Assembly (NCBI GenBank): GCA_040218735.1
Contig: JAVJQW010000046.1
Coordinates: 320,001 to 384,000, forward strand
DNA length: 64,000 nt
From: Deltaproteobacteria bacterium
Lineage (GTDB): Bacteria; Myxococcota; Kuafuiibacteriia; Kuafuiibacteriales; Kuafuiibacteriaceae
Direction of reading: 5' to 3'
A program made the translations under genes and the position numbers. Positions 36,460-45,984 of the stretch are shown one piece after another; position 1 is the stretch's first letter; each line of letters begins with the position of its first letter. Below the pieces are notes generated by a model. The model saw only the letters and a list, made by a program, of their open reading frames with translations. It made no database searches and was not told the DNA's origin.

Positions 36460-38409
36460 ATGTCCATGCCGAGAATGCTCCTGCTCCTCCTGGCCCTCGC
36501 GGTGTCCTGCACTGCGCCGAAGAAGGCGGAGGCTCGTAACCTCACCTGCGCGGACCTCCCGAGCCTGTTCTTCGCGTTCGGACACCGGCACTACACGGTC
36601 GACAACATCGACGAGACGATCGAGCGCCGGACCGCCAAGCGGTTCGTCGAGTCCGTCGATCCGTCGCGCACGCTCCTCCTCGAGGCGGACGCGACCAAGC
36701 TCGAGAACAAGCTGCTGCTCACGTTCGAGTCGCTGCGCACCGGGAGCTGCCCGGCGCTGGACCAGGCCGCGCTGCTGGTGATCGAGCGGGCGAAGGAGGA
36801 CGTCGACACGGTCAAGGCGATCCTCGGCAAGAAGAAGTTCGAGATCGACGAGTCGATCGAGCTCGTCACGGACCCCGACAAACGCGGCTACGCGAAGACG
36901 ACCGAGGCGCGCAAGGAGCTGGTCCGCAAGATGGTGCACTTCCAGATGCTCGGCATGCTGGAGGCGAAGGTCAGCGTCGCGGACGCGAAGAAGCGTCTGA
37001 TCCACCGCTACGAGCTCATCGTGAAGCGGCTCGAAGAGCGGCGCGAGGGCAAGGAGTTTCCGGGGTTGTTCGCGGAGGCTTTCGCCGGGTCGTTGGATCC
37101 GCACTCGTCGTACTTCTCGGCGCGGGTGCTCGAGGACTTCCGGATCTCGATGACGCTGTCGCTCGAAGGCATCGGCGCCGCGCTGCGGACGCGGGACGGC
37201 TTCGTGGTGATCGAGACGATCGTGCCCGGCGGCGCGGCGGACCGCGACGGCACGTTGCAGCCGAAGGACAAGATCATCGCGGTGAAGCAGACCGGTGAGG
37301 ACGCCGTGTCGACCATCGACATGGACCTGCGCGACGTGGTCGCGATGATCCGCGGCAAGAAGGGGACTTCCGTCACGCTGAGTGTGCTGCGCGAGGGCGA
37401 CAACACCAAGACCTTCGACATCACGATCGTCCGCGACAAGGTCGACGTGAAGGAGCAGGCCGCGAAGATCGAGTACGAGACGATCGGCGCCGGCAAGAAG
37501 AAGACGAAGATCGGCGTGATCGAGCTGCCGTCCTTCTACGGCGACAGCAAGGGCAAGCGTTCGTCCTACGAGGACATGAAGAAGCTCCTGAAGGAGGCCA
37601 AGAAGAAGAAGGTCGACGGCATCGTGGTCGACCTGTCCGCCAACGGCGGCGGCCTCCTCGACGAAGCGGTGCGCATCGGCGGGCTGTTCATCGACGTCGG
37701 CGCGGTCGTCTCGACGAAGGACTCGGACGGCGTGACCGTGCTCGCGGACGAGGACGACGGCGTGGTGTGGTCGGGGCCGCTGGTGGTGCTGGTCAGCCCG
37801 ATGAGCGCGTCGGCTTCGGAGATCCTCGCGGGGGCGCTTCAGGGCTACCACCGCGCGGTGGTGGTCGGCGGCGAGCGGACGTTTGGCAAGGGCTCGGTGC
37901 AGGCGTTGATGCCGCTGCCGGACGGCGTCGGCGCGATGAAGGTGACGACCGGGATGTACTTCCTGCCGACGGGTGCGTCGACGCAGCAGACCGGCGTCGC
38001 GTCGGACATCCGCATCCCTTCGCTGCGCGATGGCTACGACCTCGGTGAGCGTGAGCTCGATTACTCGCTGCCGCCGCAGTCGATGCCGCCGTTCCTCTCG
38101 GACAAGGCGAACCCGCCGAAGGGTGAGGACCGCTACCGCGAGGTCTCGAGCGCGATGATCACGCAGCTCTCGAAGTCGTCCGCGAAGCGCGTCGAAGGGG
38201 CGAAGGTCTTCGGCGAGATCAAGAAGGACCTCGAGGAAGCCAAGAAGAACCAGGGCGTCGTGAAGCTGAAGGAGCTGCTGTCGAAGTCCAAGGACAAGAA
38301 GGGCGAAAAGGACGACGACGGCGAGGCGGAGCGCAAGGAGTTCGAAGCGCAGATCGCGGCGGTGCGGACCGAGGCGGTGGCTATCGCTGCGGACCTGGCG
38401 CGGATGTAA
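36460..38409 (+). CDS. prc: Carboxy-terminal processing protease (S41, Prc/Tsp) lipoprotein
   Basis: LDPHSSY; GIGA PDZ; DLSANGGG; SASASEI; TFGKGSVQ; lipobox AVSC. Confidence 0.93.
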   Translation: MSMPRMLLLLLALAVSCTAPKKAEARNLTCADLPSLFFAFGHRHYTVDNIDETIERRTAKRFVESVDPSRTLLLEADATKLENKLLLTFESLRTGSCPALDQAALLVIERAKEDVDTVKAILGKKKFEIDESIELVTDPDKRGYAKTTEARKELVRKMVHFQMLGMLEAKVSVADAKKRLIHRYELIVKRLEERREGKEFPGLFAEAFAGSLDPHSSYFSARVLEDFRISMTLSLEGIGAALRTRDGFVVIETIVPGGAADRDGTLQPKDKIIAVKQTGEDAVSTIDMDLRDVVAMIRGKKGTSVTLSVLREGDNTKTFDITIVRDKVDVKEQAAKIEYETIGAGKKKTKIGVIELPSFYGDSKGKRSSYEDMKKLLKEAKKKKVDGIVVDLSANGGGLLDEAVRIGGLFIDVGAVVSTKDSDGVTVLADEDDGVVWSGPLVVLVSPMSASASEILAGALQGYHRAVVVGGERTFGKGSVQALMPLPDGVGAMKVTTGMYFLPTGASTQQTGVASDIRIPSLRDGYDLGERELDYSLPPQSMPPFLSDKANPPKGEDRYREVSSAMITQLSKSSAKRVEGAKVFGEIKKDLEEAKKNQGVVKLKELLSKSKDKKGEKDDDGEAERKEFEAQIAAVRTEAVAIAADLARM

Positions 38410-39373
38410 CGACCCGCGCGAAGAAGCCGCCCACGACCCACTCCTTGAACCAGACCATCACCTGCGTCTCGCCGACCTCGTCGGCGAACCGCTCCTCCTC
38501 CAGCACCGACAACGCCTCTCCCAACGTCTGACCGTCGACGAGCGCGCGCAGCACCGCAGCCATCGCGGGCGTCAGGTCCATGCGCCACAGCCGATACGCT
38601 TTGCGGTAGACGGCGGTGGCCGACGGCTCGGCGTCGGGGATGGGGATGGGCGCGTCCTGCCGGTGCGCCGTGAAGAACGCGTTGGCGGGGTGGTCGAGCT
38701 CGAGGAGGCGCAGTGTCTCGGAGGGCGGCAGGCGCACGTCGGCCCACGCCTCCGGGGGGAGCGCTTCGAGCGCCTTCATCTCGACGGTGTCGTACGGCGG
38801 CGCGTGGAGCACTTCGACGAGGGCCCACTCCAGGCGCGCGAGGTCGGCGAAGAACGCGGCGTCGTCGAGCCACGCCTTCTGCGTTGCGACGAACGCGGGG
38901 AAGTGTCGCCCGAAGAAGTTCAGGTTGGGGCGGTCGGACGGATGCGCCTCGATGTACTTGCGCGCGAGGACCTCGAAGCGCGCGGGGCCGAGTGTGTCGG
39001 CGACGACGGGGTAGTCGTCTTCGAGGCACCCGATCAGGCGCGCGTGGTACGCGTACTGGTAGATGCCCATGCGCTCGACCGCGGACATGCGGTCGGTGGG
39101 TTTCACGATCGCTTCGACGTGCTCTGCGCCGAGGCGCTCGGCGACGTCGGCGGCGTCCGCGATCCCGTCCGCGGCGCTCTTGGGGTTGGTGACGACGGTG
39201 GAGAACCAGTCCAGCAGCTCCCCGAACGGGCCTTCGACGGGTTGGACGTCGCGCTGTGGCCCGGTGGGCGTCGAGGTCGACGGCGCTACGACGGAGGCGC
39301 TCGCGCGCTCGGTCTCGAACGCGTCGTCCTTGCCGTCCGGCGAGGGGGCCGGTCCCTGAGGGCGTGAGCGCAT
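38381..39373 (-). CDS. DUF2063 (BufC/HvfC-like) MNIO partner protein
   Basis: ERMGIYQYAYHARLIGCLEDDYP...F..LARKYI..HPS...FG..F; DLARLEWA; C-terminal helical domain. Start is uncertain. Confidence 0.85.
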   Translation of the reverse strand: MRSRPQGPAPSPDGKDDAFETERASASVVAPSTSTPTGPQRDVQPVEGPFGELLDWFSTVVTNPKSAADGIADAADVAERLGAEHVEAIVKPTDRMSAVERMGIYQYAYHARLIGCLEDDYPVVADTLGPARFEVLARKYIEAHPSDRPNLNFFGRHFPAFVATQKAWLDDAAFFADLARLEWALVEVLHAPPYDTVEMKALEALPPEAWADVRLPPSETLRLLELDHPANAFFTAHRQDAPIPIPDAEPSATAVYRKAYRLWRMDLTPAMAAVLRALVDGQTLGEALSVLEEERFADEVGETQVMVWFKEWVVGGFFARVVTSAPGPQR

Positions 39374-39413
39374 CGCGGCCTCCTATCCCATGTATGCCGC
39401 CGGGGCGCGAACG

Positions 39414-40082
39414 TTACAGGCCGAGGAGGGCGCCGCGTCGCGCGAGGACCTGGGCGCACGTCGCGGACGTCGGGATGCGGCGCGCGCGGAACGGGTTCTT
39501 CTTGGCCTCGGGGTGGGGGCGGCTCGGAAGCGGGTCTTGGAGGCGCTCCGAGGTCGCGCCGAGGATCTCCTGCTCCAAGCCGAACGTGACGGCGCCGGCG
39601 ACGCGGTCGTCGCCGACGAAGCGCCCCTCGCTCGCCTGCCAACCGACCTGCTTCACGTAGACCTCGCCATCGACGAGGCCCTCGATGCGGACGGTGACGC
39701 CGGGGTGGCCGTCGCTGTCCTGGTCGCCTTCGCCGACGACGCGTTCGTAGCGCGGCTCGATCCAGCGGAGGCCAGACTCGGCGCGTTCGATCCGCAGCGG
39801 TTTGTCGTGTCCGGAGAGCGCGACGACGAACGCGCGCGGGTAGACGGTGCGCACCACGCCGTGGACCGACTCACTCTCGATCGCGCACACCTTCTCGGTC
39901 ATCCGGTACTCGTCCCCGACGCGACGGACATCGACGATCGCGATCGCGACCGTCTCGACCTCCGTGTCGCCGAGGACGGGGACGTCGACGACGGTGGTGG
40001 TCCGCTGCGCGCGAACCCACAACCCCGTCACGTCCGGCGGCGCCGTCGCCGCGAGGGAGAGCATCAGGCCGAGCGTGAACAT
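39414..40082 (-). CDS. Hypothetical secreted protein with DxDxDG motif
   Basis: Signal peptide; DQDSDGHPGVTV; TGATG coupling to the upstream desaturase. Confidence 0.65.
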   Translation of the reverse strand: MFTLGLMLSLAATAPPDVTGLWVRAQRTTTVVDVPVLGDTEVETVAIAIVDVRRVGDEYRMTEKVCAIESESVHGVVRTVYPRAFVVALSGHDKPLRIERAESGLRWIEPRYERVVGEGDQDSDGHPGVTVRIEGLVDGEVYVKQVGWQASEGRFVGDDRVAGAVTFGLEQEILGATSERLQDPLPSRPHPEAKKNPFRARRIPTSATCAQVLARRGALLGL

Positions 40083-41506
40083 CACAGATCCTCCAGGGCG
40101 GCGCGCGCCGCGGCCGCACCCGAGAGCATCGCCAGCGGCATACCGCCGCCGGGGTGCGCGCTGCCGGATGCGTAGTAGAGACCGCGCAGCTTCTTGTCGC
40201 GGTTGGGCGGGCGTTTGAAGGCCGCCGAGGGGCCGTTCGACGCCGCCCCGTACAGCGCGCCGCCGGTGCCCGGGAATCTTGCGGCGAGGTCCTGCGGGGT
40301 TCGACTCCAGAGCACCTCGGCGTCCTGCACGGCGTCGGCGGAGATGAGGCGAGCGACCACTTCGTCCTCGACGGCCGCTGCGTCGAGGTCGAACTCCGCG
40401 GTGGGTGCATTCACCATGACGAACAGGGCTTCGTGATCCGGCCACGGATCGATCTGCGCCGACAGCCGCGGTGCGCAGACGTAGACGGTGGGATCGATCG
40501 GCGTGCGGTGCGCGTCGAAGACGTCGATGAACTCGTCGATGTAACTCTCGGGGAAGTAGACGGTGTGGGCGACGCGGTCTCGTTTCTTCGTCTTCAGCAG
40601 CGCCGTCCAGCCGGACATCGAGCGCTCGTCGGGCGTGGAACGCGGGCGCGGGAGGAGTGAAGTGAAGACGTGTGCGGCGTCCGCGTTGGCGACGACGCCG
40701 TCCGCCTCGCGCTCGCCGCGATCGGTGCGGACCCCTCGGGTCGCGCCGTCGCGGGTGACGATCTGCTCGACGCGGGTGTCGAGCTCGATCTCGACGCCGA
40801 GTGATTCGGCTGCGTCGACGAGCGCGTCGATCATCCGGTGGATGCCCCCGACGACGCCGTAGCCGCCGAGCCCGATCTCCACGTGTGCGATGCAGTTGAG
40901 CGTCGCGGGTGCGCGGCGGGGGTCGGAGCCGTTGTACGTCGCGTACCGAAGGAGGATGGCGCGGAGGTGTGGGTCCCGGACGCGGGACTCGATCGCGCTC
41001 TTCATCGTCGACAGCGGATCGATCTTCCGCACCGTGGCGAGGGTCTTCAACCCGCCCGCGACGAGGGAGCTCCAGCGGGGTGCGTCGCCGTAGACGAAGC
41101 TCGGCGCGGCGGCGTCCCAGATCTTCGCGGCGTAGTCGAGGAACCCATGGAGCTCGTCGGCGGCGTTTCGGCCGAGCGTCTCGGCGACGGCGTCGATCGT
41201 GTCGTCGACGCGGTGGTGCAGCGTGATCGCGGAGCCGTCACGGAAGTAATAGCGAAACGCCGGGTCGAACACGACGTAGTCCACCGGGGCGCGACCGGCC
41301 TTTGCGAGGAGCTCGTCGAGGATGGTCGGTAGCGTGAGTACGGACGGGCCGGTGTCGAGCCGAACGCCGTCGACCTCGAACGTGCCCGCCTTCCCGCCGG
41401 CCTCGGACGCTGCTTCGACGACGCGTACCGCGTGCCCCTCCGCGGCGAGGTGGATCGCGGCCGACAGACCGCCCAAGCCCGCGCCGATGACGACGAAACG
41501 TGCCAT
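40082..41506 (-). CDS. crtD: Phytoene desaturase family, probably 1-hydroxycarotenoid 3,4-desaturase
   Basis: GAGLGG; DTGPS; RYATYNGS; GSAHPGGGMP. Coupled to the hydratase and glycosyltransferase genes. Confidence 0.75.
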   Translation of the reverse strand: MARFVVIGAGLGGLSAAIHLAAEGHAVRVVEAASEAGGKAGTFEVDGVRLDTGPSVLTLPTILDELLAKAGRAPVDYVVFDPAFRYYFRDGSAITLHHRVDDTIDAVAETLGRNAADELHGFLDYAAKIWDAAAPSFVYGDAPRWSSLVAGGLKTLATVRKIDPLSTMKSAIESRVRDPHLRAILLRYATYNGSDPRRAPATLNCIAHVEIGLGGYGVVGGIHRMIDALVDAAESLGVEIELDTRVEQIVTRDGATRGVRTDRGEREADGVVANADAAHVFTSLLPRPRSTPDERSMSGWTALLKTKKRDRVAHTVYFPESYIDEFIDVFDAHRTPIDPTVYVCAPRLSAQIDPWPDHEALFVMVNAPTAEFDLDAAAVEDEVVARLISADAVQDAEVLWSRTPQDLAARFPGTGGALYGAASNGPSAAFKRPPNRDKKLRGLYYASGSAHPGGGMPLAMLSGAAAARAALEDL

Positions 41507-42591
41507 CACGTCACCTCGTAGACGCGCCCGCGCCACTGGATGCCGCCCGCGACGGCCCAGCGCCACGAGTTGAGGGCGATCGCAACCACGGCGAGCGCAC
41601 CGAGCGGGTGAAGGAGCACGCTCGAGAACGTGTGCCCGAAGCGTAGCGCGAGCGCGATCCGCAAAGCGATGTTCGCCGCGATCGCGACGAGCGCCGGGAG
41701 CCCGAGCCACGGAGCCGATACAAACGGGAGAACGAACGTCGCGAGGTAGAGCGCGACGACGAACAGCACCGCCCACGCGTTGCCGCCGACGCCGAGGTAG
41801 AGGTTCTTCGAGAACCCACTCCAGATCTCGGACCAGCCCGTGTACATGCGGCACTCAGCGAGGTCGCGCCCGTCGGCGAACACCACCCGGCGCCCGTTGG
41901 TCTTCGCGTGTCGGCACAGCGCCATGTCTTCGACGACGGCGTCGCGCACGGCTTCGAAGCCGCCGAGCTGACGGTAGGCGTCGGGGCGAATCGCGAGGAA
42001 CTGGCCGTTCGCCGCGAGGAAGCGGACGTTCTTCGTCGCCCACACCAAGGGCTGGAAGAGCCACGACGTGTACGTCACGTGCAGCATCGGCATGACGATG
42101 CGCTCCGCCACGGTCTCGGTGCGCTGTCGCGGGACGGCGGTGACGATCGCCGCGTCGTAGCGCTGTTCGAGATCCCCGTAGCGCTCCAGCGCAGAGGGAT
42201 CGAGCACGGTGTCCGCGTCGACGAAGAGCCACCGCGCCCCCGACGCGTGTTGCGCGAGCACGTGGCAGGCGTGCGCCTTGCCGACCCACCCCGGGGGGAG
42301 CGGCGCTCCGCGGACCAGCTTCATGCGCGGGTCCTCGGCGGCGATGCGCTCGACGATCGCTGCGGTGTCGTCGGTGGACTGATCGTCGTAGACGACGACC
42401 TCCGTCGCGCCCGCGCAGGCGAGGGCGGCGCGCACGCAACGTTCGATCCGCGGCGCTTCGTCGCGCGCGGGGATCAGAATGGAGACGCTTCGATCCGGGA
42501 GGCCGCGTCGGCGGCCGCGCGGCCACCACACGAGGTTGAGGAGCGTGATCGTCAGCGCGACGACGGGGAGGACGACGATCAGCCAGGTCAC
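41506..42591 (-). CDS. Carotenoid glycosyltransferase (GT2, CruC/CrtQ-like)
   Basis: IPARDE; DDQSTD; GWVGKAHAC; DAD; ANGQ; VED; CRMY. Confidence 0.85.
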   Translation of the reverse strand: MTWLIVVLPVVALTITLLNLVWWPRGRRRGLPDRSVSILIPARDEAPRIERCVRAALACAGATEVVVYDDQSTDDTAAIVERIAAEDPRMKLVRGAPLPPGWVGKAHACHVLAQHASGARWLFVDADTVLDPSALERYGDLEQRYDAAIVTAVPRQRTETVAERIVMPMLHVTYTSWLFQPLVWATKNVRFLAANGQFLAIRPDAYRQLGGFEAVRDAVVEDMALCRHAKTNGRRVVFADGRDLAECRMYTGWSEIWSGFSKNLYLGVGGNAWAVLFVVALYLATFVLPFVSAPWLGLPALVAIAANIALRIALALRFGHTFSSVLLHPLGALAVVAIALNSWRWAVAGGIQWRGRVYEVT

Positions 42592-43676
42592 GCCGAGGCC
42601 TCCAGGCCGAACAGCCGTCGGACGCGCCCGCGCGCAGGACCGGAGAAGAGGGGGTGCCACATCGAGCACGGGCGTGTCGCCTCGTGCACGCGCATCCGCA
42701 CGAGCGGGCGGTGCAGCGCGCGGTCGATGCGCGACGGTACGACGTGCTCCGCGACGCCGACTCGGCCGTCCCGCTCCAGCATCGTCCGCAGGTAGAACGG
42801 GCCTTCGTCGACGACGCTTCGCTCGCGCAGCTCCACGACCGAACCCGAAGGTGTGTACAGCTCGGTGCAGGGAGGGTGCGGCATGCCGTAGAGCCGTCTC
42901 GGCGCGCCGTTCGGTTCCTGGTGCGCCGCCGCGGGGAGGAGGGTGACCGCTCCACCTTCGTCGACGTCGACGAGCCACGCGATCGTCGGCGTGTCCTCCT
43001 CGCCCCAGAGCACGTAGTGAATGGAGGTTCGCTCCGCGACGGTGCGGCCCCACGTCCAGCGTTCGATGCCGAGCGTGTCGAGCGGTTGGGTGCCGACGTT
43101 GCGGTCGTGGTAGCCGGCGCCCTCGAACTGGAAGCGGTGCGCTCCGTGCTCGAGCTCGGCGCGAAGGTGCGCGGGCCCGGTGAGCGGCGTCCACCGGTGG
43201 GGGTGAGGCGTCGTATCTGCGTGGGCCGTGTGCGCCGCGGGACCGACGAGATCGATCGTGCCGCGCAGGCGATGGGTCGAGCGGTAGATCGGACAGTCGA
43301 TCGTCGCGCGGACGTGATGCGCGCCGGCGTCGCGGCGCACCACGATGTGTGAGTCGCCGAAGGTGAAGGTGTCGCCGTGCCACGTCGCGTCGGCGTAGGT
43401 CTGCAGCAGATAGAAGGCCTCTTCGCCCTTCTCGTAGCCGACGACGTTGAGCGCGGGGCGCTCGCGCGGGGTGAGCGGTGCGCCGCTCCGCGCGTGCGCG
43501 AGTACGTCGGGGAGGAACGGGAGGCCGAACGACCAGATGAGCACGACGCCGTCGCCGTGTTCGTCGACCGCGTCCACGTACCACCAGACGAACGCGCCGG
43601 GTGTGTCGAGCACGCGGGCGTCGACGGCGCGGTTCGGATCGTCGAGCTGAATCGGCGTGTGTGGTGGTGAAATCAT
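42588..43676 (-). CDS. crtC: Carotenoid 1,2-hydratase (CrtC-like)
   Basis: PGAFVWWYVD; FGLPF; HRWTP; GAGYHDRN; W.WGR; GPFY.R. Confidence 0.75.
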   Translation of the reverse strand: MISPPHTPIQLDDPNRAVDARVLDTPGAFVWWYVDAVDEHGDGVVLIWSFGLPFLPDVLAHARSGAPLTPRERPALNVVGYEKGEEAFYLLQTYADATWHGDTFTFGDSHIVVRRDAGAHHVRATIDCPIYRSTHRLRGTIDLVGPAAHTAHADTTPHPHRWTPLTGPAHLRAELEHGAHRFQFEGAGYHDRNVGTQPLDTLGIERWTWGRTVAERTSIHYVLWGEEDTPTIAWLVDVDEGGAVTLLPAAAHQEPNGAPRRLYGMPHPPCTELYTPSGSVVELRERSVVDEGPFYLRTMLERDGRVGVAEHVVPSRIDRALHRPLVRMRVHEATRPCSMWHPLFSGPARGRVRRLFGLEASA

Positions 43677-43693
43677 GTTATCGACTCGTCTTC

Positions 43694-44812
43694 GTGGAGG
43701 TCGTGATCGTCGGCGCCGGGCCCGCCGGGTGGAGCCTCGCGGCAGCGCTGCGTGATGAGGGCGTCGACGTCACGCTCGTCGCGCCCGAGCCGCACGCGAG
43801 GTGGACGGCGGGATACGGCGCGTTCGCCGACGAGCTCGAAGCGATCGACTGCCCCGCCGCGTTCGTTTGGCCCCAGACCATCGTCCGCACCGACACGAAG
43901 ACGATCCGGCTCGACCGCCGCTACGCACGCGTCGATGCGTACGCGCTCCAGTCTCGTCTCGTCGCGCGCGCGGCGGGGACACACGTCGTCGAGGACACGA
44001 TTGATCGACTCGCCGCCCAAGAGGCCGTCGGCCGCGTCGCGACGTACCGTGGTGATCTCGTCTTCGACGCACGCGGCGCGCCCGCCGGGGAAGCGGCCCA
44101 GGTCGCCTACGGTGTGTCGGTCGAGCTGGCGGGGCTCGACGTCGATCCCGACGCCGCGACCTTGATGGACTTCCGCACCGTCGAAGGCGTGGGCGAACAA
44201 GATCCGGGACCGACCTTCCTGTACGCGCTGCCGCGGGGGTCCAGGGTGTTCGTCGAGGAGACCTCGCTCGTGTCGTCGCCGCCGGTGCCGATGGAGGCGC
44301 TCGCGAACAAACTCGAGCGAAGGCTCGGCCGCCTCACCGACGCGACCGACGAAGAACGTTGCCGCATCTGGATGGACACGCCGCCGCCGACCTCCGACGC
44401 CGGGACGGTTCCGTTCGGCGCCGCCGCGGGGTTCGTACACCCCGCGACCGGCTACTCGCTCGTGCGGACCCTTCAGACCGCGCCCGCCGTCGCGGCCGCG
44501 GCGGTCCACGGGTCCCAGGCCGCGATCGACGCGATGTGGACCGCGTCCCAGCGTCGGGCGTGGGCGTTTCAGGACTTCGGCCGGAAGCTCCTCCTGAATC
44601 TGGACATCGAGCTCACGATCCGTTTCTTCGAAACGTTCTTCGCGCTGCCGGCGCCGCGCTGGCGGTCCTATCTCGCACCCGCGGTCTCCGCCGAGGACGT
44701 CGAGGCGACGATGTGGGCGATGTTCCGAACCGTGCCCTGGACCCTGCAATGGCAGATTTCGCGCGCGTTCGTGACGCGCGGCGGCTGGCGCGCGCTCCGC
44801 GCCCCTCGCTGA
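43694..44812 (+). CDS. crtL: Lycopene cyclase (CrtL/CrtY family)
   Basis: GAGPAG; QVAYG; LMDFR; PTFLYALP; EETSL; GAAAGFVHPATGYS. Confidence 0.88.
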   Translation: MEVVIVGAGPAGWSLAAALRDEGVDVTLVAPEPHARWTAGYGAFADELEAIDCPAAFVWPQTIVRTDTKTIRLDRRYARVDAYALQSRLVARAAGTHVVEDTIDRLAAQEAVGRVATYRGDLVFDARGAPAGEAAQVAYGVSVELAGLDVDPDAATLMDFRTVEGVGEQDPGPTFLYALPRGSRVFVEETSLVSSPPVPMEALANKLERRLGRLTDATDEERCRIWMDTPPPTSDAGTVPFGAAAGFVHPATGYSLVRTLQTAPAVAAAAVHGSQAAIDAMWTASQRRAWAFQDFGRKLLLNLDIELTIRFFETFFALPAPRWRSYLAPAVSAEDVEATMWAMFRTVPWTLQWQISRAFVTRGGWRALRAPR

Positions 44813-44856
44813 ATCTGCCCGTGCCGTTCCCACTGCGCCTTCAACCCACGGGGCGG

Positions 44857-44905
44857 TTTGTCTAATCCTTGTCGAGAAATTTAGAAATAGAATTTAGACA
44901 AGACC
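44857..44905. promoter_or_regulatory. Putative CarH/CarA (LitR)-type operator/promoter upstream of crtE
   Basis: AT-rich island with TTGTC at 44858 and 44869 (11-bp period; TnnACA on the minus strand) and inverted repeat TTGTCTAA (44858-44865) / TTAGACAA (44894-44901). Confidence 0.6.
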
Positions 44906-44919
44906 TGTTCGATCCGCCG

Positions 44920-45984
44920 ATGACGGCGTTGCACCACCCCACCGCGCTCGCCCCGGAGGCTCCGGCCCCGGCGCGGATCTCTACCCCGACCCCCGACGAC
45001 GCGTTCGCCGAGGTGAAGGCCCTGATGCTCCACCTCGCGGCGGGCGAGCGCTTCGAGCGCCTCGGCGCGATCGTCCAGGAGCACCTCTTCGCCAACGGCA
45101 AGGGGCTGCGCGGCCGCCTCGCGATGGCCACGCTCGACGCGCTCCGCGCCGACCCGCAGCACCGGGTCCCGTGGGCCGCGGCGTGTGAGCTCCTCCACAA
45201 CGCGACGCTGATCCACGACGACGTCCAAGACGGCGACGTCTGGCGCCGCGGCCGCTACGCGGTTTGGGTTCGCCACGGCAAGGCCCAGGCGATCAACGCC
45301 GGCGACCTCCTCCTGATGCTCCCGTACATCGCGGTCGAGCACATCCAAACGGACGACGCGACCCGCTGGCGACTTTCCCGCGCGATCGCGCGCCGCGCCG
45401 AGAAGACCGTCCGTGGCCAGTCCCACGAGATGTCGCTCCTCGGTACGCAGCAGTGGACCTGGCCGGCGTACATCGCCGCCGCGACGGGGAAGACCAGCGC
45501 GCTCTTTGCGCTCCCGGTCGAAGGTGCCGCGCTCCTCGCCGGCCGTGACCCGGTCGACGCGCAGCTCCTCGCGGACTGCTTCGAACACGTCGGCCTGCTC
45601 TTCCAGATGCAAGACGACGTCATCGATTTGTACGGCGACAAAGGTCGCCGCGCGCCCGGCAACGACATTCGTGAAGGGTCGGTGACCGCGCTCGTCGTCG
45701 AACACCTCGAGCGCCACCCGGAGGAAGAGGAAGAGGTCATCTCGGTCCTCGCGCGCCACCGCGACGAGACCACCGACGAGGACGTCGCGCACCTGACGCG
45801 ACGCTTCGACGAGAGCGGCGCGCTCGACGCGGTGCTCGAACGCATCGACCGAATCGCGCAGCGAACGCTCGACGACCCGATCCTCGACCGCGCGCCCGCG
45901 CTGCGTGCGGTCGCCGAAGGTGCGCTCGACAAGGCGCTCCGGCCCATCGACGCGCTGAAGATCGCCCGGGGAGGACAGTCGTGA
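44920..45984 (+). CDS. crtE: Geranylgeranyl diphosphate synthase
   Basis: GKGLR; ELLHNATLIHDDVQD; RRG; AINAGD; GKT; FQMQDD. Confidence 0.9.
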   Translation: MTALHHPTALAPEAPAPARISTPTPDDAFAEVKALMLHLAAGERFERLGAIVQEHLFANGKGLRGRLAMATLDALRADPQHRVPWAAACELLHNATLIHDDVQDGDVWRRGRYAVWVRHGKAQAINAGDLLLMLPYIAVEHIQTDDATRWRLSRAIARRAEKTVRGQSHEMSLLGTQQWTWPAYIAAATGKTSALFALPVEGAALLAGRDPVDAQLLADCFEHVGLLFQMQDDVIDLYGDKGRRAPGNDIREGSVTALVVEHLERHPEEEEEVISVLARHRDETTDEDVAHLTRRFDESGALDAVLERIDRIAQRTLDDPILDRAPALRAVAEGALDKALRPIDALKIARGGQS

